DNA of 64,000 nt from Candidatus Saccharimonadota bacterium (GCA_003962975.1 RXKC01000005.1:52751-116750); one strand, 5' to 3'; numbered from the stretch's first letter, positions 21,501-31,782 are shown. Translations and numbers: made by a program. Notes: generated from the sequence alone by a model not told the origin.

Positions 21501-21779
21501 ACTATGAAAGGTTTTTACGACGACATCACGCGCAGCACCATCGGTGAGTGTGAGCAATCGCTCGCGCATGTTCAGGGCGGCTTTATTGGTAAAGGTCAAA
21601 CAAAGTATATTGCCGCTATCGACGTCGGTTTTACGCAGGATATTTGCCACCCGCATACTGAGCAGCTGCGTCTTGCCTGTACCCGGCCCGGCAACTACCA
21701 GTACCGGTCCATCTATATGGTCAACGGCCTTTTTTTGTGCAGCGTTTAGCTGCTGATACGCCTCTTCAAACATTCCCAT
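18555..21779 (-). CDS. UvrD/PcrA-type SF1 helicase fused to C-terminal PD-(D/E)XK-like nuclease (AddA/helicase-nuclease type)
   Basis: 1074 aa with Walker A AGPGTGKTQ, Walker B LIDEFQDTN, the VGDDDQSIY block, and a C-terminal LDRIDQKDTVITIVDYKTGK nuclease-like motif. Confidence 0.85.
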   Translation of the reverse strand: MGMFEEAYQQLNAAQKKAVDHIDGPVLVVAGPGTGKTQLLSMRVANILRKTDVDSGNILCLTFTNKAALNMRERLLTLTDGAARDVVVKTFHSFAAEIMNMYPDYFWNGARLSTAPDWTQNEIIQDILASLPLSDPLALRFAGNFTAGRDVKNALKYAKEAGLTPEKLQAIITANLAYIDSIEAELCEILSAPLRAKALPELVRRIEALPNQGLQTNLEPLQDLGQVIKDSLHEAVRKDEGTGKTKHTGTWKQRWVQSVEGSKAIHKERERNKWWLSLAGVYQSYRSQLHQRGYYDYSDMIVEVITQLEQHAGMRADAQERFQYVLIDEFQDTNAAQLRLAHLIADHESNDNKPNIMAVGDDDQSIYKFNGAELSNMLSFKRSYTDTEIIVLTDNYRSSQAILETSAKIIEPVQDRLVNREPGISKDLQAQKPPSQAGELLHLRYATEEYELSGVAERIAKEYAAGNHSITVLARDHASLRRMASLLHAANVPVAYDQQSNILDHSAIRQIYAIGQCIIAIQQGNSDQLNAWLSTVLRAPMWNISAEVLWELASKTYPHKSWFEYMLQSDDEQLSSIANWLLWLSQQASQEPLPIVLEYVLGLRASQNITSPMRQYYLDTSEKKIDSEYLLTLSAVRLLETLAHDFARGPQATLADFVRFMQLSYETDEIIADESCFVTGDNAVELLTVHKAKGLEFDTVYIINAVDAHWRPNAGGRKCPANLPLQPVGDDLDDFARLMYVAATRAKRTLIAASYQQDTTGKEVLATPLLADVLPVVDADSEVSDRPVAVLEQHLAWPRLNVSNELLNLRGRLETFSLSASALLNFLDLTTGGPANFLETNLLSLPSPTNSSMAFGNAMHSALEYAQIAVNADALHTKKVLQQFEKALAQQQLPKNEEARFNIHGQDLLTKLLASDTFWIGKGGLPEQKLSDVRIGQARVNGTLDRIDQKDTVITIVDYKTGKPLSSLTTRDQSKVTKAWRHRTQLIFYAMLLKNSSRFKAQEVKGQLWYLEASASKELIREYNPSTEEIDELEALITVIWPKIMTLNLPDTTNYSADYSGITTFIEDLLTKKI

Positions 21780-21805
21780 AACTCATATTGTAATGGTTTA
21801 TGACT

Positions 21806-23002
21806 CTAATTGTTCAGGTCAGTACAAAATTCACAACTCTCACGCCGCATATTGCGCTTGAGCCAAATTGAAAAGGCTGGACGCACACCCATAACCTCTG
21901 CGTAGCCTATAAAATCGTATATTGTACGCAGCAAGCCAGCAAAGCGGCCACTAAATACAAGTTTGCGCCACTGAAAAACCGACCAGTTATCACCAACCGG
22001 AATAATCGTGACTGGTTCTAATGGAACGTAACTGCGAGCCTTTTTGCCGTAGTGTTTCCGCGTTATGTAATCAGCGACATAAGAAGCGTTATGTAATGCT
22101 GTAAGAGCCAGGCCACTAAACTTTGTAGCGGCGCTATCGCCAATCACAAATGTTCGGTTATCTACTTTCAAATGATCATCTACGACAACCCGTTTCTTCT
22201 CGTTTAGCTCAAATTGACGTGGGTTATTCGTGAAGAATGGATTGCAGGTCACGCCGGCCGTCCATACTACGGTATGGGTTGGTATGGACCATTTATCAAT
22301 AGTTATCGTGTTGGCTGTCTCGCCTTTTACGACTTTACCGGTTAGTACATGTACGCCTAATTTTGCTAGACGTTTACGTGTAGCTTTCGAAGCTTTAGGT
22401 GCAAGCATGGGCAGTACTCGTGGTGCTGCTTCAACAAGCTGCATGTTTACTCGAGTTCGTTTAATCTTGTGGTGTTTAGCAATAGTTTTTAGGTAACTGC
22501 GCAGTGCGGCTGCCATTTCAACACCAGTCGGGCCTGCACCGACCACCACATAATTTTGGTCGAGAGCGCTCTTTTTGTTGAGCTCTTCATGTAGATGTTG
22601 GCGGAACTTATCAAAGCCCTGGCTTGATTTAATATTATGTGAATACTCTTCAAGTCCTTTAATGCCAAAGTAGCTCGTGACGACACCGAGGCCGATCACA
22701 CAGTAATCATAGGTAAACTTTGCGCCAGAGGTTGTTTTAACACTTCGTGCTGCTCGGTCAATTTTCTCTGCGGTGTCAAAAACCAGGTGTACGTTTGATG
22801 CCACGGGCACCAGACTGGTAATAGGAATGTAGGACGCCTCTTTAAGATGTCCAGTTGAAGCACGCCAGATAGTGGCGCCATAACGGAATGTTTCTTGGTC
22901 AGTAATGATAGTGATGTCAAAGTCTTTATTCTTGTAAAGATTTCGAACTAATTTGACACCAGCAAAGCCACCGCCCAATACTAATATTTTCTTTTTTGCC
23001 AT
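21806..23002 (-). CDS. ndh: type II NADH dehydrogenase (NDH-2, FAD-dependent pyridine nucleotide-disulfide oxidoreductase)
   Basis: Start chosen at MAKKKILVLGGGFAGV (ATG at 23002). Two dinucleotide folds are present (GGGFAG and VVVGAGPTGVE). The longer 23056 extension would overlap the upstream regulator gene. Confidence 0.85.
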   Translation of the reverse strand: MAKKKILVLGGGFAGVKLVRNLYKNKDFDITIITDQETFRYGATIWRASTGHLKEASYIPITSLVPVASNVHLVFDTAEKIDRAARSVKTTSGAKFTYDYCVIGLGVVTSYFGIKGLEEYSHNIKSSQGFDKFRQHLHEELNKKSALDQNYVVVGAGPTGVEMAAALRSYLKTIAKHHKIKRTRVNMQLVEAAPRVLPMLAPKASKATRKRLAKLGVHVLTGKVVKGETANTITIDKWSIPTHTVVWTAGVTCNPFFTNNPRQFELNEKKRVVVDDHLKVDNRTFVIGDSAATKFSGLALTALHNASYVADYITRKHYGKKARSYVPLEPVTIIPVGDNWSVFQWRKLVFSGRFAGLLRTIYDFIGYAEVMGVRPAFSIWLKRNMRRESCEFCTDLNN

Positions 23003-23018
23003 TACGCTTAAGTATAAA

Positions 23019-23747
23019 TCATAAGTACTGCTTGTGGCCAGCGGGTGTCGGGTCATCTTGCGGGAGTGCCGATAGCTCTAGCTTATAGCCAAAGCCGTGA
23101 ACAGTGCGGATAAGTGCAGTTTGGAATGGGCGATCAATCTTGTCACGCAGGTGCTTTATATGTACGTGCAAGGTGTTGGTGAGCTCTTCTTGCTCGTTTT
23201 CCCAGGCTTGTGCAGCCAAGATAGTGCCACTCACAACCTTACCCGCATTACGCATCAGGCATTCGAGCAGACGAAATTCCTTGCGTCGAAGCACGATAGG
23301 CACTCCTGCTCTGCTGGCTAGATGCCGAGCAGTATCGAGCACCAAGTCACCGACTACAAGTCGGTTATGATGCGTTTGCAGGTGACTTGGTTTTTTGCGT
23401 AGTATGGCGCGCAAGCGTGCGGCGAGTTCAGTATGGTCAAAAGGTTTGCTAACAAAGTCGTCCGCGCCGCTGTCTAAAAACAATACTTTTGTAGACGTCT
23501 CCATTTGTTCACCAATTGCCAGAATCGGCACGTTACCACCGTGAGATCGTATGTGTTCGCAGACTTTGAGGCCAGTGGTATCAGGCAAGTTTTGGGCGAG
23601 AATAACGACGTCGTAAGGATTATGGGCTAGTTTAGCCAGGGCAGATCGGCCGGTGCTGGCGCACTCAATTCGATATACCCGATTAAGGGTACGATACAAA
23701 CTTAGGACGATGTCCGGTTCGTTTTCGACGAGCAGCAGTCTGATCAT
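23019..23747 (-). CDS. OmpR/PhoB-family response regulator, atypical receiver (no phospho-acceptor Asp), orphan
   Basis: Receiver domain plus winged helix (FRLLECLMRNAGKVVS...IRTVHGFGYKLE). The receiver reads LLLVENEPD and YDVVILAQNLPDTTG where canonical regulators have (E/D)D and LLD. There is no histidine kinase gene nearby. Confidence 0.85.
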   Translation of the reverse strand: MIRLLLVENEPDIVLSLYRTLNRVYRIECASTGRSALAKLAHNPYDVVILAQNLPDTTGLKVCEHIRSHGGNVPILAIGEQMETSTKVLFLDSGADDFVSKPFDHTELAARLRAILRKKPSHLQTHHNRLVVGDLVLDTARHLASRAGVPIVLRRKEFRLLECLMRNAGKVVSGTILAAQAWENEQEELTNTLHVHIKHLRDKIDRPFQTALIRTVHGFGYKLELSALPQDDPTPAGHKQYL

Positions 23748-23941
23748 ACCCAGTAATATCTCCCACATCATTATTACGGAATGAAGTCGGAATTATACAA
23801 CATAAAAAAGCAATATGTAAATACATAACTCAAATTTCTTGAGAGAATGTCTAAAAAGTAGAATAATTAGTTAAGAATTGTGCCGGTATAAGGGTATTCA
23901 TGTCTATAGATTGCGGTAGCGTATAATGGCCATTAGATACT

Positions 23942-25612
23942 ATGCGTCGTCTTAACTTTCGTAAACGACCCGCCGTTCGGGCAGTTTTCCAGCATTATAA
24001 CTATGTTGGTCTGGTTGGCGCGGTCGTTGGCTTTTGTATATCTTTCTTACCTTCGTTGCTGCCCCGACCGTGGTTATTCCAAGGTATTGTTACTGGCTGT
24101 AGTGCATTGATTGGATATGGGGTTGGGACGGTATCTAGTTTAGTGATTCGTTGGCTCATTGAGTGGGAGCCACCAAAGCGAGTTAAGCATGGGGCCTGGC
24201 GTTTACTTGCCGTTCTAGATCCGGTGGCAGCGCTTATATATTTGTACTTATCAACTGGTTGGCAGAATGAAGTCCGCGCTCTCATAGGCGAACAGCCGCA
24301 AAGCGAGCGTTACATATTTCGAATTCTATTTGCAGCCCTTGTCACTGGGGGTCTATTGCTCGCAGTAGCAAGATTAGTCCACTTTGGGGCACGAAAGTTG
24401 ATCGATCTTATCGATAAGTTACTCCCCCGCAAGGTGAGTATTATTGCTGGCGTAGGCATCACAGTATATATATGTATCACACTGCTGAATGGAGTTTTCT
24501 TTGCGAGCTTTGTGCGTTTTGCTAACAGAACATATAGCAATCAAAATAACGGTACGCCAGCAGCGGCAGCCCAGCCTAGCCAACCCGAACGTTCAGGTTC
24601 ACTCAATTCATTGGTCAGCTGGGAGAGTCTTGGCTATCAAGGCCGTGGTTTTGTCGGGCGAGGACCAACTGTTGAGCAAATAGAAAAATTTAATAATAAG
24701 GCTGCAAAACAACCGATTCGTGTATATGCTGGGTTGCACAGTGCTCCCACCATTCGTGAGCGTGCCGAGCTAGCCGTCAAGGAATTAGAACGAACCAAAG
24801 CCTTCGATCGATCAGTGCTGGTGATTGCAAATGCAACCGGAACTGGCTGGCTTGAGCCACAAGCAGTCGACAGTCTTGAATATATGCATAGCGGCGATAC
24901 GGCCATTGCCAGTATTCAGTACTCTTACCTGCCCAGTTGGCTGTCCTTTTTGGTCGACAAGCAGAATGCCAAGACTGCCGGGCAAGAATTATTTGACGCG
25001 GTCTATGGCAAATGGGCAACACTTCCCGAAGGTCAAAGACCAAAGCTTATTACCTATGGGCTGAGCCTGGGTTCATATGGTGGACAAGCGGCATTTAGTG
25101 GTGCCAACGATTTAAAGTATGCAGTTGACGGCGCATTATTTGTGGGCACGCCAAGCGATACAGAACTTTGGAACACCATTACTAAAAATCGAGATCCTCA
25201 TTCAACTCAAATTGAGCCGGTCTATCGTTCTGGTGAATCAGTGCGTTTCGAATCAAATGGCAAGCACTTAGATGCGACACGTTCGCAGTGGGATGGGCCA
25301 AGAGCATTGTATCTGCAGCACGCCTCCGACCCTGTTGTCTGGTTTGACTTTGATTTACTTTTGAATGAACCGGACTGGTTGCAAGAGCCGCCCGGCCGTG
25401 ACGTTTCGCCGTCTATGCAGTGGTATCCATTTATTACCTTCACGCAAGTTGCGCTTGATCAATTCTTGGGCAACACCACGAAACCTGGTTATGGACATAT
25501 CTATGGTAATCAAATGGTCGCCGCTTGGGCAGCCGTTACTCGACCACTGAGTTGGACGAATGATGATTCGCGCCGACTGCAGTCAGTTATTGATACGTAC
25601 TCTCAAGAATAA
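23942..25612 (+). CDS. membrane-anchored alpha/beta-hydrolase family protein (Abhydrolase_9-like)
   Basis: 556 aa with several N-terminal TM segments and a C-terminal hydrolase-like domain carrying the nucleophile elbow YGLSLGSYG. The overall layout matches the actinobacterial 'alpha/beta-hydrolase family' membrane proteins. Confidence 0.6.
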   Translation: MRRLNFRKRPAVRAVFQHYNYVGLVGAVVGFCISFLPSLLPRPWLFQGIVTGCSALIGYGVGTVSSLVIRWLIEWEPPKRVKHGAWRLLAVLDPVAALIYLYLSTGWQNEVRALIGEQPQSERYIFRILFAALVTGGLLLAVARLVHFGARKLIDLIDKLLPRKVSIIAGVGITVYICITLLNGVFFASFVRFANRTYSNQNNGTPAAAAQPSQPERSGSLNSLVSWESLGYQGRGFVGRGPTVEQIEKFNNKAAKQPIRVYAGLHSAPTIRERAELAVKELERTKAFDRSVLVIANATGTGWLEPQAVDSLEYMHSGDTAIASIQYSYLPSWLSFLVDKQNAKTAGQELFDAVYGKWATLPEGQRPKLITYGLSLGSYGGQAAFSGANDLKYAVDGALFVGTPSDTELWNTITKNRDPHSTQIEPVYRSGESVRFESNGKHLDATRSQWDGPRALYLQHASDPVVWFDFDLLLNEPDWLQEPPGRDVSPSMQWYPFITFTQVALDQFLGNTTKPGYGHIYGNQMVAAWAAVTRPLSWTNDDSRRLQSVIDTYSQE

Positions 25613-25642
25613 CACCGTTAAGCTCATGCTATACTGAGCAAA

Positions 25643-26548
25643 ATGGCTCCCAATATAAACAACACCCCCGTCACTAGCTCCTCTACTCCAGCAACACAAG
25701 CCCCTTCCAATTCGTCGCTTCAAGCAATTCTTGGCCCGCTTGGTTGGCAGCCTGGCTATTACCGCAAGCGTCCGCCCTCTATTCTGAAGAATGTTCAGTC
25801 ATCAGCCCGTGGAATAGACGAGGCTGCAATGGGCGTACTGCCAGTCAGCCAATTACAGGCAGATATTTTGACCATCAACGAGGTGTACGAAATGAATCGT
25901 AAGACCAGAGTTATGCGCATTATCACGCCTAAAGTTTTCCCGCGTATTGTGCTCAACAGACGAGCAAATAATACGCTCAAAAATGATACGGTCGATGATC
26001 TCGTTGCTTTGCCAAGTGACTATAAATTAGAGGGTGACTTCCACAGTTACTTTGAAATTATGTATGAAAAAGGTACCGAACAGGCATCGCTCGCGGTACT
26101 TACGCCCGATGTCATGCGAACACTTATAAACCTGCCGCAGAATATTGATATTGAGCTGAGTAAAAGTAGTATATTTATATACTTTCGTGCCGGTATGGCG
26201 CCGCTCGATGCTTACTATTCAACCCATGTACTATTTATCACTGCTGACCTGCTCACGAAAGAACTAGTAAACAAAACACATCCAGCTGCCGGTTTCTCTG
26301 ATGAATTCATGCGTGGCTTAACCAAAGCCTACACCGTTAGTGGCGGGACAAAAGCAAAATACTATCTTGGTGAGTTTGTGCTCAGTTCTGTGTTTTATTG
26401 GGGCGCCGTGCTGTGGTTGGGTTCGGGTCTTTTAAGATCATCTTCCGAAACGTTGCGGGCTGGGACCGGCCTAGCTATGCTGCTTGGATATGGCCTGGTG
26501 ACTTTCTTCCTGATTCGTCGGGGTGTCCGTATGCGGTCGGCCCAATAA
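25643..26548 (+). CDS. hypothetical membrane protein
   Basis: 301-aa ORF with an S/T/P-rich N-terminus and two C-terminal hydrophobic segments (FVLSSVFYWGAVLWLGSGLL, GLAMLLGYGLVTFFLI). Confidence 0.5.
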   Translation: MAPNINNTPVTSSSTPATQAPSNSSLQAILGPLGWQPGYYRKRPPSILKNVQSSARGIDEAAMGVLPVSQLQADILTINEVYEMNRKTRVMRIITPKVFPRIVLNRRANNTLKNDTVDDLVALPSDYKLEGDFHSYFEIMYEKGTEQASLAVLTPDVMRTLINLPQNIDIELSKSSIFIYFRAGMAPLDAYYSTHVLFITADLLTKELVNKTHPAAGFSDEFMRGLTKAYTVSGGTKAKYYLGEFVLSSVFYWGAVLWLGSGLLRSSSETLRAGTGLAMLLGYGLVTFFLIRRGVRMRSAQ

Positions 26549-26633
26549 TGTAGAAGTATTGCATGGTTAAAAATACACTGTTTGCATTGGCAAAAGCATG
26601 ACATAATCTGTCAATAACCAAGGAGACGTGTCT

Positions 26634-28646
26634 ATGGCTGGAGTGGAAGCATTACTTGAGCGGAATGTAATTGGACCAGACCCCATGCCTGTCGTTGCTA
26701 TCCTTGATACCGGCGCACAATACGGTGCGTTAGTTGATCGACGAGCTCGTGAATGGGGCATCCGCACAGTTGTCACCGACATAAGTACACCTGCTGAAGA
26801 TATAGCCGCATTAAACCCCGTAGGTGTAATCATCCCTGGTGGACCAGAAAGCACCTACGATGAAGGTGCGCCGCATATTGATTCTGATTTGTTAGAGCTT
26901 GGCGTGCCCGTCCTTGGTATTTGTTATGGCCAACACGAAATTGCACGTGCTATGGGTGGCACTGTTCTGCACACATCTGCTCACGAAACCAGTGTCGTAA
27001 ATCGGCAAGATGGTCGCATTGGCATACAGCGAACGGATGAAGCTTCTGACCTATTACAAGACATGCCTGATGGCGCGAAAGTGTTGATGACTCATGGTGA
27101 CTCGGTTGTTGAAGCACCAGAGGGCTGTGTTGTGACTGCTACTTCGGACGGAATTATCGCGGCTTTTGAAGACCCGGCGAAAAAAATTTATGCCACACAG
27201 TTTCATCCCGAAGCAAGTGATACAGAATACGGCGAAGAACTTTTCGATCGCTTTTTCAGTACTATTTGCGAGCAGGAGCCCAGCTATAGCCTTGACGATC
27301 AAATGGAAGAATCGATTGCTGACATTAAGCGCTTCCCTGCAGATTCTCAATTTGTTGTTGCACTAAGTGGCGGTGTCGACTCTGCGGTCGCTGCTCGTTT
27401 ATTACTAGAAGCTGATGTTGATCCAGAACGTATTCACTTAGTGCATGTCGACCACGGCTACATGCGTGAAAACGAGAGCAGTCAAATCGTCGAGGAATTC
27501 AGCAAGCTTGGTGTTAGTGTTACCGTGATTGATGCGTTTGAAGAGTTCGCCAATGCTCGTTACACCTACCCCGACGGTTCGCAAAGTTCGCCACTAAAAG
27601 AGCTTACTCAAGGCAGTGCAGAAATAAAGCGTAAGATTATGGGCGAAACTTTTGCGCAGATATTTGAGCGATACATTACCGAGCAAGAGCTTGAAAATGC
27701 GGTTATGGTGCAAGGTACGTTGCGACCAGACTTAATTGAGAGCGGCCATGCTTCTGTCAGCGGTCGAGCTCATAATGTGGTGACCCACCATAATGTGACG
27801 CAAACTACTGAGCAATGGCGCGAAGAAGATAGAGTTGTTGAACCAAATAAAAACTTGCACAAAGACCAGGTGCGAAGAGTTGGTAGGCATCTTGGTCTTC
27901 CTGATTCTATTGTGCAGCGGATGCCATTCCCTGGCCCAGGTCTAGGGGTACGCATTCTTGGTCATGACGGTGCCAGTCTGGATGATTCACCTGTTAAGTT
28001 ATTAAACGGAAATGTTTTTGACGAAGATGCTCGTGCTGAATTAGAAGGCGATGTTCGATCATGGTTCTTGCGCCAAGGTTACGCAGATATTGGAATACAT
28101 GTAGTGGGTATGTTGAGCCGTGGTGCACGAGGCGATGCCAGTAGCGATGGCCTAGTAGCTGCTTACGAAACACTACAAGGTAAGCCTACCCCGTCTTGGT
28201 CCGAAATGGTTGAAGTTGGCATGGAGCTTACCAATACTTTCCCTGATCTTATTCGTTTCACAAATCTCACGGCTAATGATCCAAAATCACAAGAGCAACG
28301 ACGTTTCTCGATGGTTCCTACCAGCCCGGATGCTAGTGCAGTAGCTATGCTGCAAAAGGCGGATGCCCATGCGCACTGGTCACTCTATCAGTCGGGTGAA
28401 GAAAGTGGTATTGCCCAACTACCTGTTATCCTGGCGCCGGCTAGTACCGATGGCTATAGCCATTCTATTGTGCTTCGACCGTTTGTCTCGCCCGACTTTA
28501 TGACGGGTCGTGCGGCAGTGCCGGGTGAAGACCTGTCTGAATCATTGGTGCGACGCATGATTGCTTCTACGCTGGCGGTTAGTGGAATTGCAGCGGTCTT
28601 TTATGACCTCACCCACAAACCACCAGGCCGTACCGAATGGGAGTAG
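26634..28646 (+). CDS. guaA: GMP synthase (glutamine-hydrolysing), long form
   Basis: GATase-1 domain (GICYGQHE, QFHPE), ATP-PPase P-loop (ALSGGVDSAV) and the canonical C-terminus (HKPPGRTEWE). The ATG at 26634 lies 8 nt after AGGAG. The protein is ~670 aa, versus ~520 aa for typical bacterial GuaA. Confidence 0.9.
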   Translation: MAGVEALLERNVIGPDPMPVVAILDTGAQYGALVDRRAREWGIRTVVTDISTPAEDIAALNPVGVIIPGGPESTYDEGAPHIDSDLLELGVPVLGICYGQHEIARAMGGTVLHTSAHETSVVNRQDGRIGIQRTDEASDLLQDMPDGAKVLMTHGDSVVEAPEGCVVTATSDGIIAAFEDPAKKIYATQFHPEASDTEYGEELFDRFFSTICEQEPSYSLDDQMEESIADIKRFPADSQFVVALSGGVDSAVAARLLLEADVDPERIHLVHVDHGYMRENESSQIVEEFSKLGVSVTVIDAFEEFANARYTYPDGSQSSPLKELTQGSAEIKRKIMGETFAQIFERYITEQELENAVMVQGTLRPDLIESGHASVSGRAHNVVTHHNVTQTTEQWREEDRVVEPNKNLHKDQVRRVGRHLGLPDSIVQRMPFPGPGLGVRILGHDGASLDDSPVKLLNGNVFDEDARAELEGDVRSWFLRQGYADIGIHVVGMLSRGARGDASSDGLVAAYETLQGKPTPSWSEMVEVGMELTNTFPDLIRFTNLTANDPKSQEQRRFSMVPTSPDASAVAMLQKADAHAHWSLYQSGEESGIAQLPVILAPASTDGYSHSIVLRPFVSPDFMTGRAAVPGEDLSESLVRRMIASTLAVSGIAAVFYDLTHKPPGRTEWE

Positions 28647-28649
28647 TAT

Positions 28650-29366
<717 letters not shown>

Positions 29367-29475
29367 CTAAAACCCCAAAAACGTTAGCAAATTATTTTGT
29401 ATTCTTGTTCTACTGATAGACTAACAGGGGTGGTCTCTGTGCTTCTCACGTCTCAAATAAAAAGCACGAAACTAA

Positions 29476-29504
29476 AGCATAACCCGTATCTCAATTCGTG
29501 TCAA
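29476..29504 (-). promoter_or_regulatory. sigma70-like promoter upstream of rpf (TTGACA-17 nt-TATGCT)
   Basis: Read on the minus strand: TTGACA (29504-29499), a 17-nt spacer, then TATGCT (29481-29476). This leaves a ~115-nt leader before the rpf start. Confidence 0.45.
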
Positions 29505-29586
29505 TAATATGTTCCACTATTGACTCAAAAACAGATGATTAGTCGTGGTGATTCTTGCAATAGTGTTGGTGCAGTATGATGGCTGT

Positions 29587-29964
29587 TTAGCGACGTCCGC
29601 CAAGTGACGGTAGGCCCGCACTGGTAGTCCAAACACTTGTTGAAGCATCTCGCTCGTCAACACTAGTTGTTTCATGAGCCACCGGCTCTGCTACTGTAGA
29701 TTCGTTGTTAGCTGCCGCAACAAGTTTTCGTGCCATAGCCAAGGCGTCTATGGTGCTCTCTTCACCTGTAATCTCGCATATACGATGGTGAATATCGGCT
29801 CTAGCTTGCAGCAAATCAGACAATTCTGCTGCTATATCCTCGGCTGGTTTTTGTTCTTCTTGCCATTCGACCTCACCAAACATACGAGAAGCGAAGGCTG
29901 CTTCGTGCTCGGGTGTTGAGGTAAAGTCATCTTTCATTGACAATATTATACCATAAAGCATCAT
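29587..29964 (-). CDS. hypothetical acidic protein
   Basis: 125-aa ORF. The start is uncertain (an internal MKDDF is also possible). I recognise no family. Confidence 0.4.
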   Translation of the reverse strand: MMLYGIILSMKDDFTSTPEHEAAFASRMFGEVEWQEEQKPAEDIAAELSDLLQARADIHHRICEITGEESTIDALAMARKLVAAANNESTVAEPVAHETTSVDERDASTSVWTTSAGLPSLGGRR

Positions 29965-30098
29965 GTAATACTAATCTATGGTGGGTAGAACTACGCACCA
30001 CAAACTAGATCGTTCATCCCTCTAGACTAGGCATAAGCTGGATAGTTTTATCTCGCTTATGATATCTTAAAGGTATATTGTAAAAAGAGATTCTAACC

Positions 30099-31766
30099 AT
30101 GGCCCCAAACCAAGACAATGCTTCAGGTGTAGACCCAAGCATTAACCCACAACCAACAGTTAATTCTGGCCCAGCGCCAGAGCCAGTGACGCCTGCTCCG
30201 CTGGACGTAACTGCACCGACACCTTCACCAGTGATTTCTCCTGAACCCGAATCACCTTCTGTAATTTCATCAGGCCCTGTATCGCCCAGCGGCCCAAGCC
30301 TTACTTCTGAACCAGTGAGTCCTGGTCTTGTACAGCCACTTGCAAGTGAAACCCCGGCTCCTGTAGTAGGTGGCATGGTTAACCCTCCATCTTTCTCAGG
30401 ATCGGGAGCATCCGGTGGCAAGAAGAAACCCCTACTCTTTGGTGGTATTGCTGCATTTGTAGCACTGGCTGGAGCTGCATTTTACTTCTTATCATATGCA
30501 CCAAATACACCAAATAATGTGTGGAATACTGGGCTATCGCGATCCGGTAAGGCCATCAGCAAAGTAACCGAAACAGCGACCGATAAGCAGAATCTGGATA
30601 AAATTCTAAAAACCCAGGTCGAGGCTACAATCGACGGTGATATTTCCGGCATGAAGTTTAATGGTTCACTTGATACCAAGTTTGACGAAGCTAACTCGGA
30701 CAGTAAGCTTAATTTCAAAGCAAAAATGGATGACAAAGACCTTGATCTTGGTCTTAACGTGCTGACCAATCTTCCAAAAGATTCAAAGTATCCGAACATT
30801 TACTTCCAGTTCTACGGCTTAAAGGCACTAGGTCTTGATGAGTCGGCCCCAGAAATTGCCGAATACGAAAAGAAATGGATAGCCATTGAGGCAGACTACA
30901 TCGAAAAGAACATACCGCTTGGTGAGATGCCAGAATCTAAGCAAGAAGACGTTACCGCTGCCGAGATGGCAGACCTTGTAAAAGCAGTTAACGAAGTAAA
31001 TGGACAGTACCTGTTTACGGCAGATCCTGCCAAAGCGGTGTTGGTGCAAAAGCAGTTTGTAGCTAAAGAAGAAGTCGACGGAGTAAAGGCCTATCACTAC
31101 GTGGTCGGCATTAATGCTGCCAATGCTAAGAGCTACTGTAAAGAAATGGTTAATAAGGTTTTGGCCCAAACGGCTGCAAAAAAGACCATCGGTGATGACA
31201 AGACGGTAGAAGAGCTCAAAAAAGAAGGTGTTAAGTCGTGCGATGAAATCAAAGAGACACAGGAAACCTTCGATATGTGGATGGATGCTAAGTACAAGTT
31301 AATTTACAAGGCTCGATTTGCGGATAAAAAGAATAAAAATTCGTATGTCGATATTGGCCAAAAGTATACTGGTGGCGACGACATCAACTTCTTTGTTAAC
31401 TTCAACGAAGCTGAATCAAAAAGCACTGTGAAGTTCAACCTATCCACAAACACCAAGACCAATATAACTTCCGGAGACATTACTGCAGCGAGTACCGATG
31501 AGAACTCACCTTACACGGTCAAAGTCACCATTAAATCAAAGCCATTTGACGGCTCTATTAACTCCAGCAAGCCCGAAGGAACAGTCTCTATAGAAGAAAT
31601 TCTAAACAAGCTTGGTATTGATCCGTCCAGTTTGGCACCAGAACCAACAGAACAAACAGAGTCGGCAGAAGATCCCGCAAGCTCTGTACAAGGTGCTCAG
31701 ACCGTCAATGATGCAAACCTCAAAGACCTGCTAGACGCCCTGCTCTCTCCGTTCAAACGTAACTAG
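30099..31766 (+). CDS. surface/membrane-anchored protein with Pro-rich N-terminus
   Basis: 555 aa with a Pro/Ser/Val-rich low-complexity N-terminus, one TM segment (LLFGGIAAFVALAGAAFYFL) and a large Lys/Asp-rich extracytoplasmic part. Confidence 0.6.
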   Translation: MAPNQDNASGVDPSINPQPTVNSGPAPEPVTPAPLDVTAPTPSPVISPEPESPSVISSGPVSPSGPSLTSEPVSPGLVQPLASETPAPVVGGMVNPPSFSGSGASGGKKKPLLFGGIAAFVALAGAAFYFLSYAPNTPNNVWNTGLSRSGKAISKVTETATDKQNLDKILKTQVEATIDGDISGMKFNGSLDTKFDEANSDSKLNFKAKMDDKDLDLGLNVLTNLPKDSKYPNIYFQFYGLKALGLDESAPEIAEYEKKWIAIEADYIEKNIPLGEMPESKQEDVTAAEMADLVKAVNEVNGQYLFTADPAKAVLVQKQFVAKEEVDGVKAYHYVVGINAANAKSYCKEMVNKVLAQTAAKKTIGDDKTVEELKKEGVKSCDEIKETQETFDMWMDAKYKLIYKARFADKKNKNSYVDIGQKYTGGDDINFFVNFNEAESKSTVKFNLSTNTKTNITSGDITAASTDENSPYTVKVTIKSKPFDGSINSSKPEGTVSIEEILNKLGIDPSSLAPEPTEQTESAEDPASSVQGAQTVNDANLKDLLDALLSPFKRN

Positions 31767-31782
31767 AACGAACTACGAGAAC

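Noticed and set aside
30014-30421. 135-aa minus-strand ORF opposite the start of the 555-aa surface protein.
   Set aside because: It mirrors the Pro/Ser/Gly-rich low-complexity coding region on the plus strand. This is a compositional artefact.
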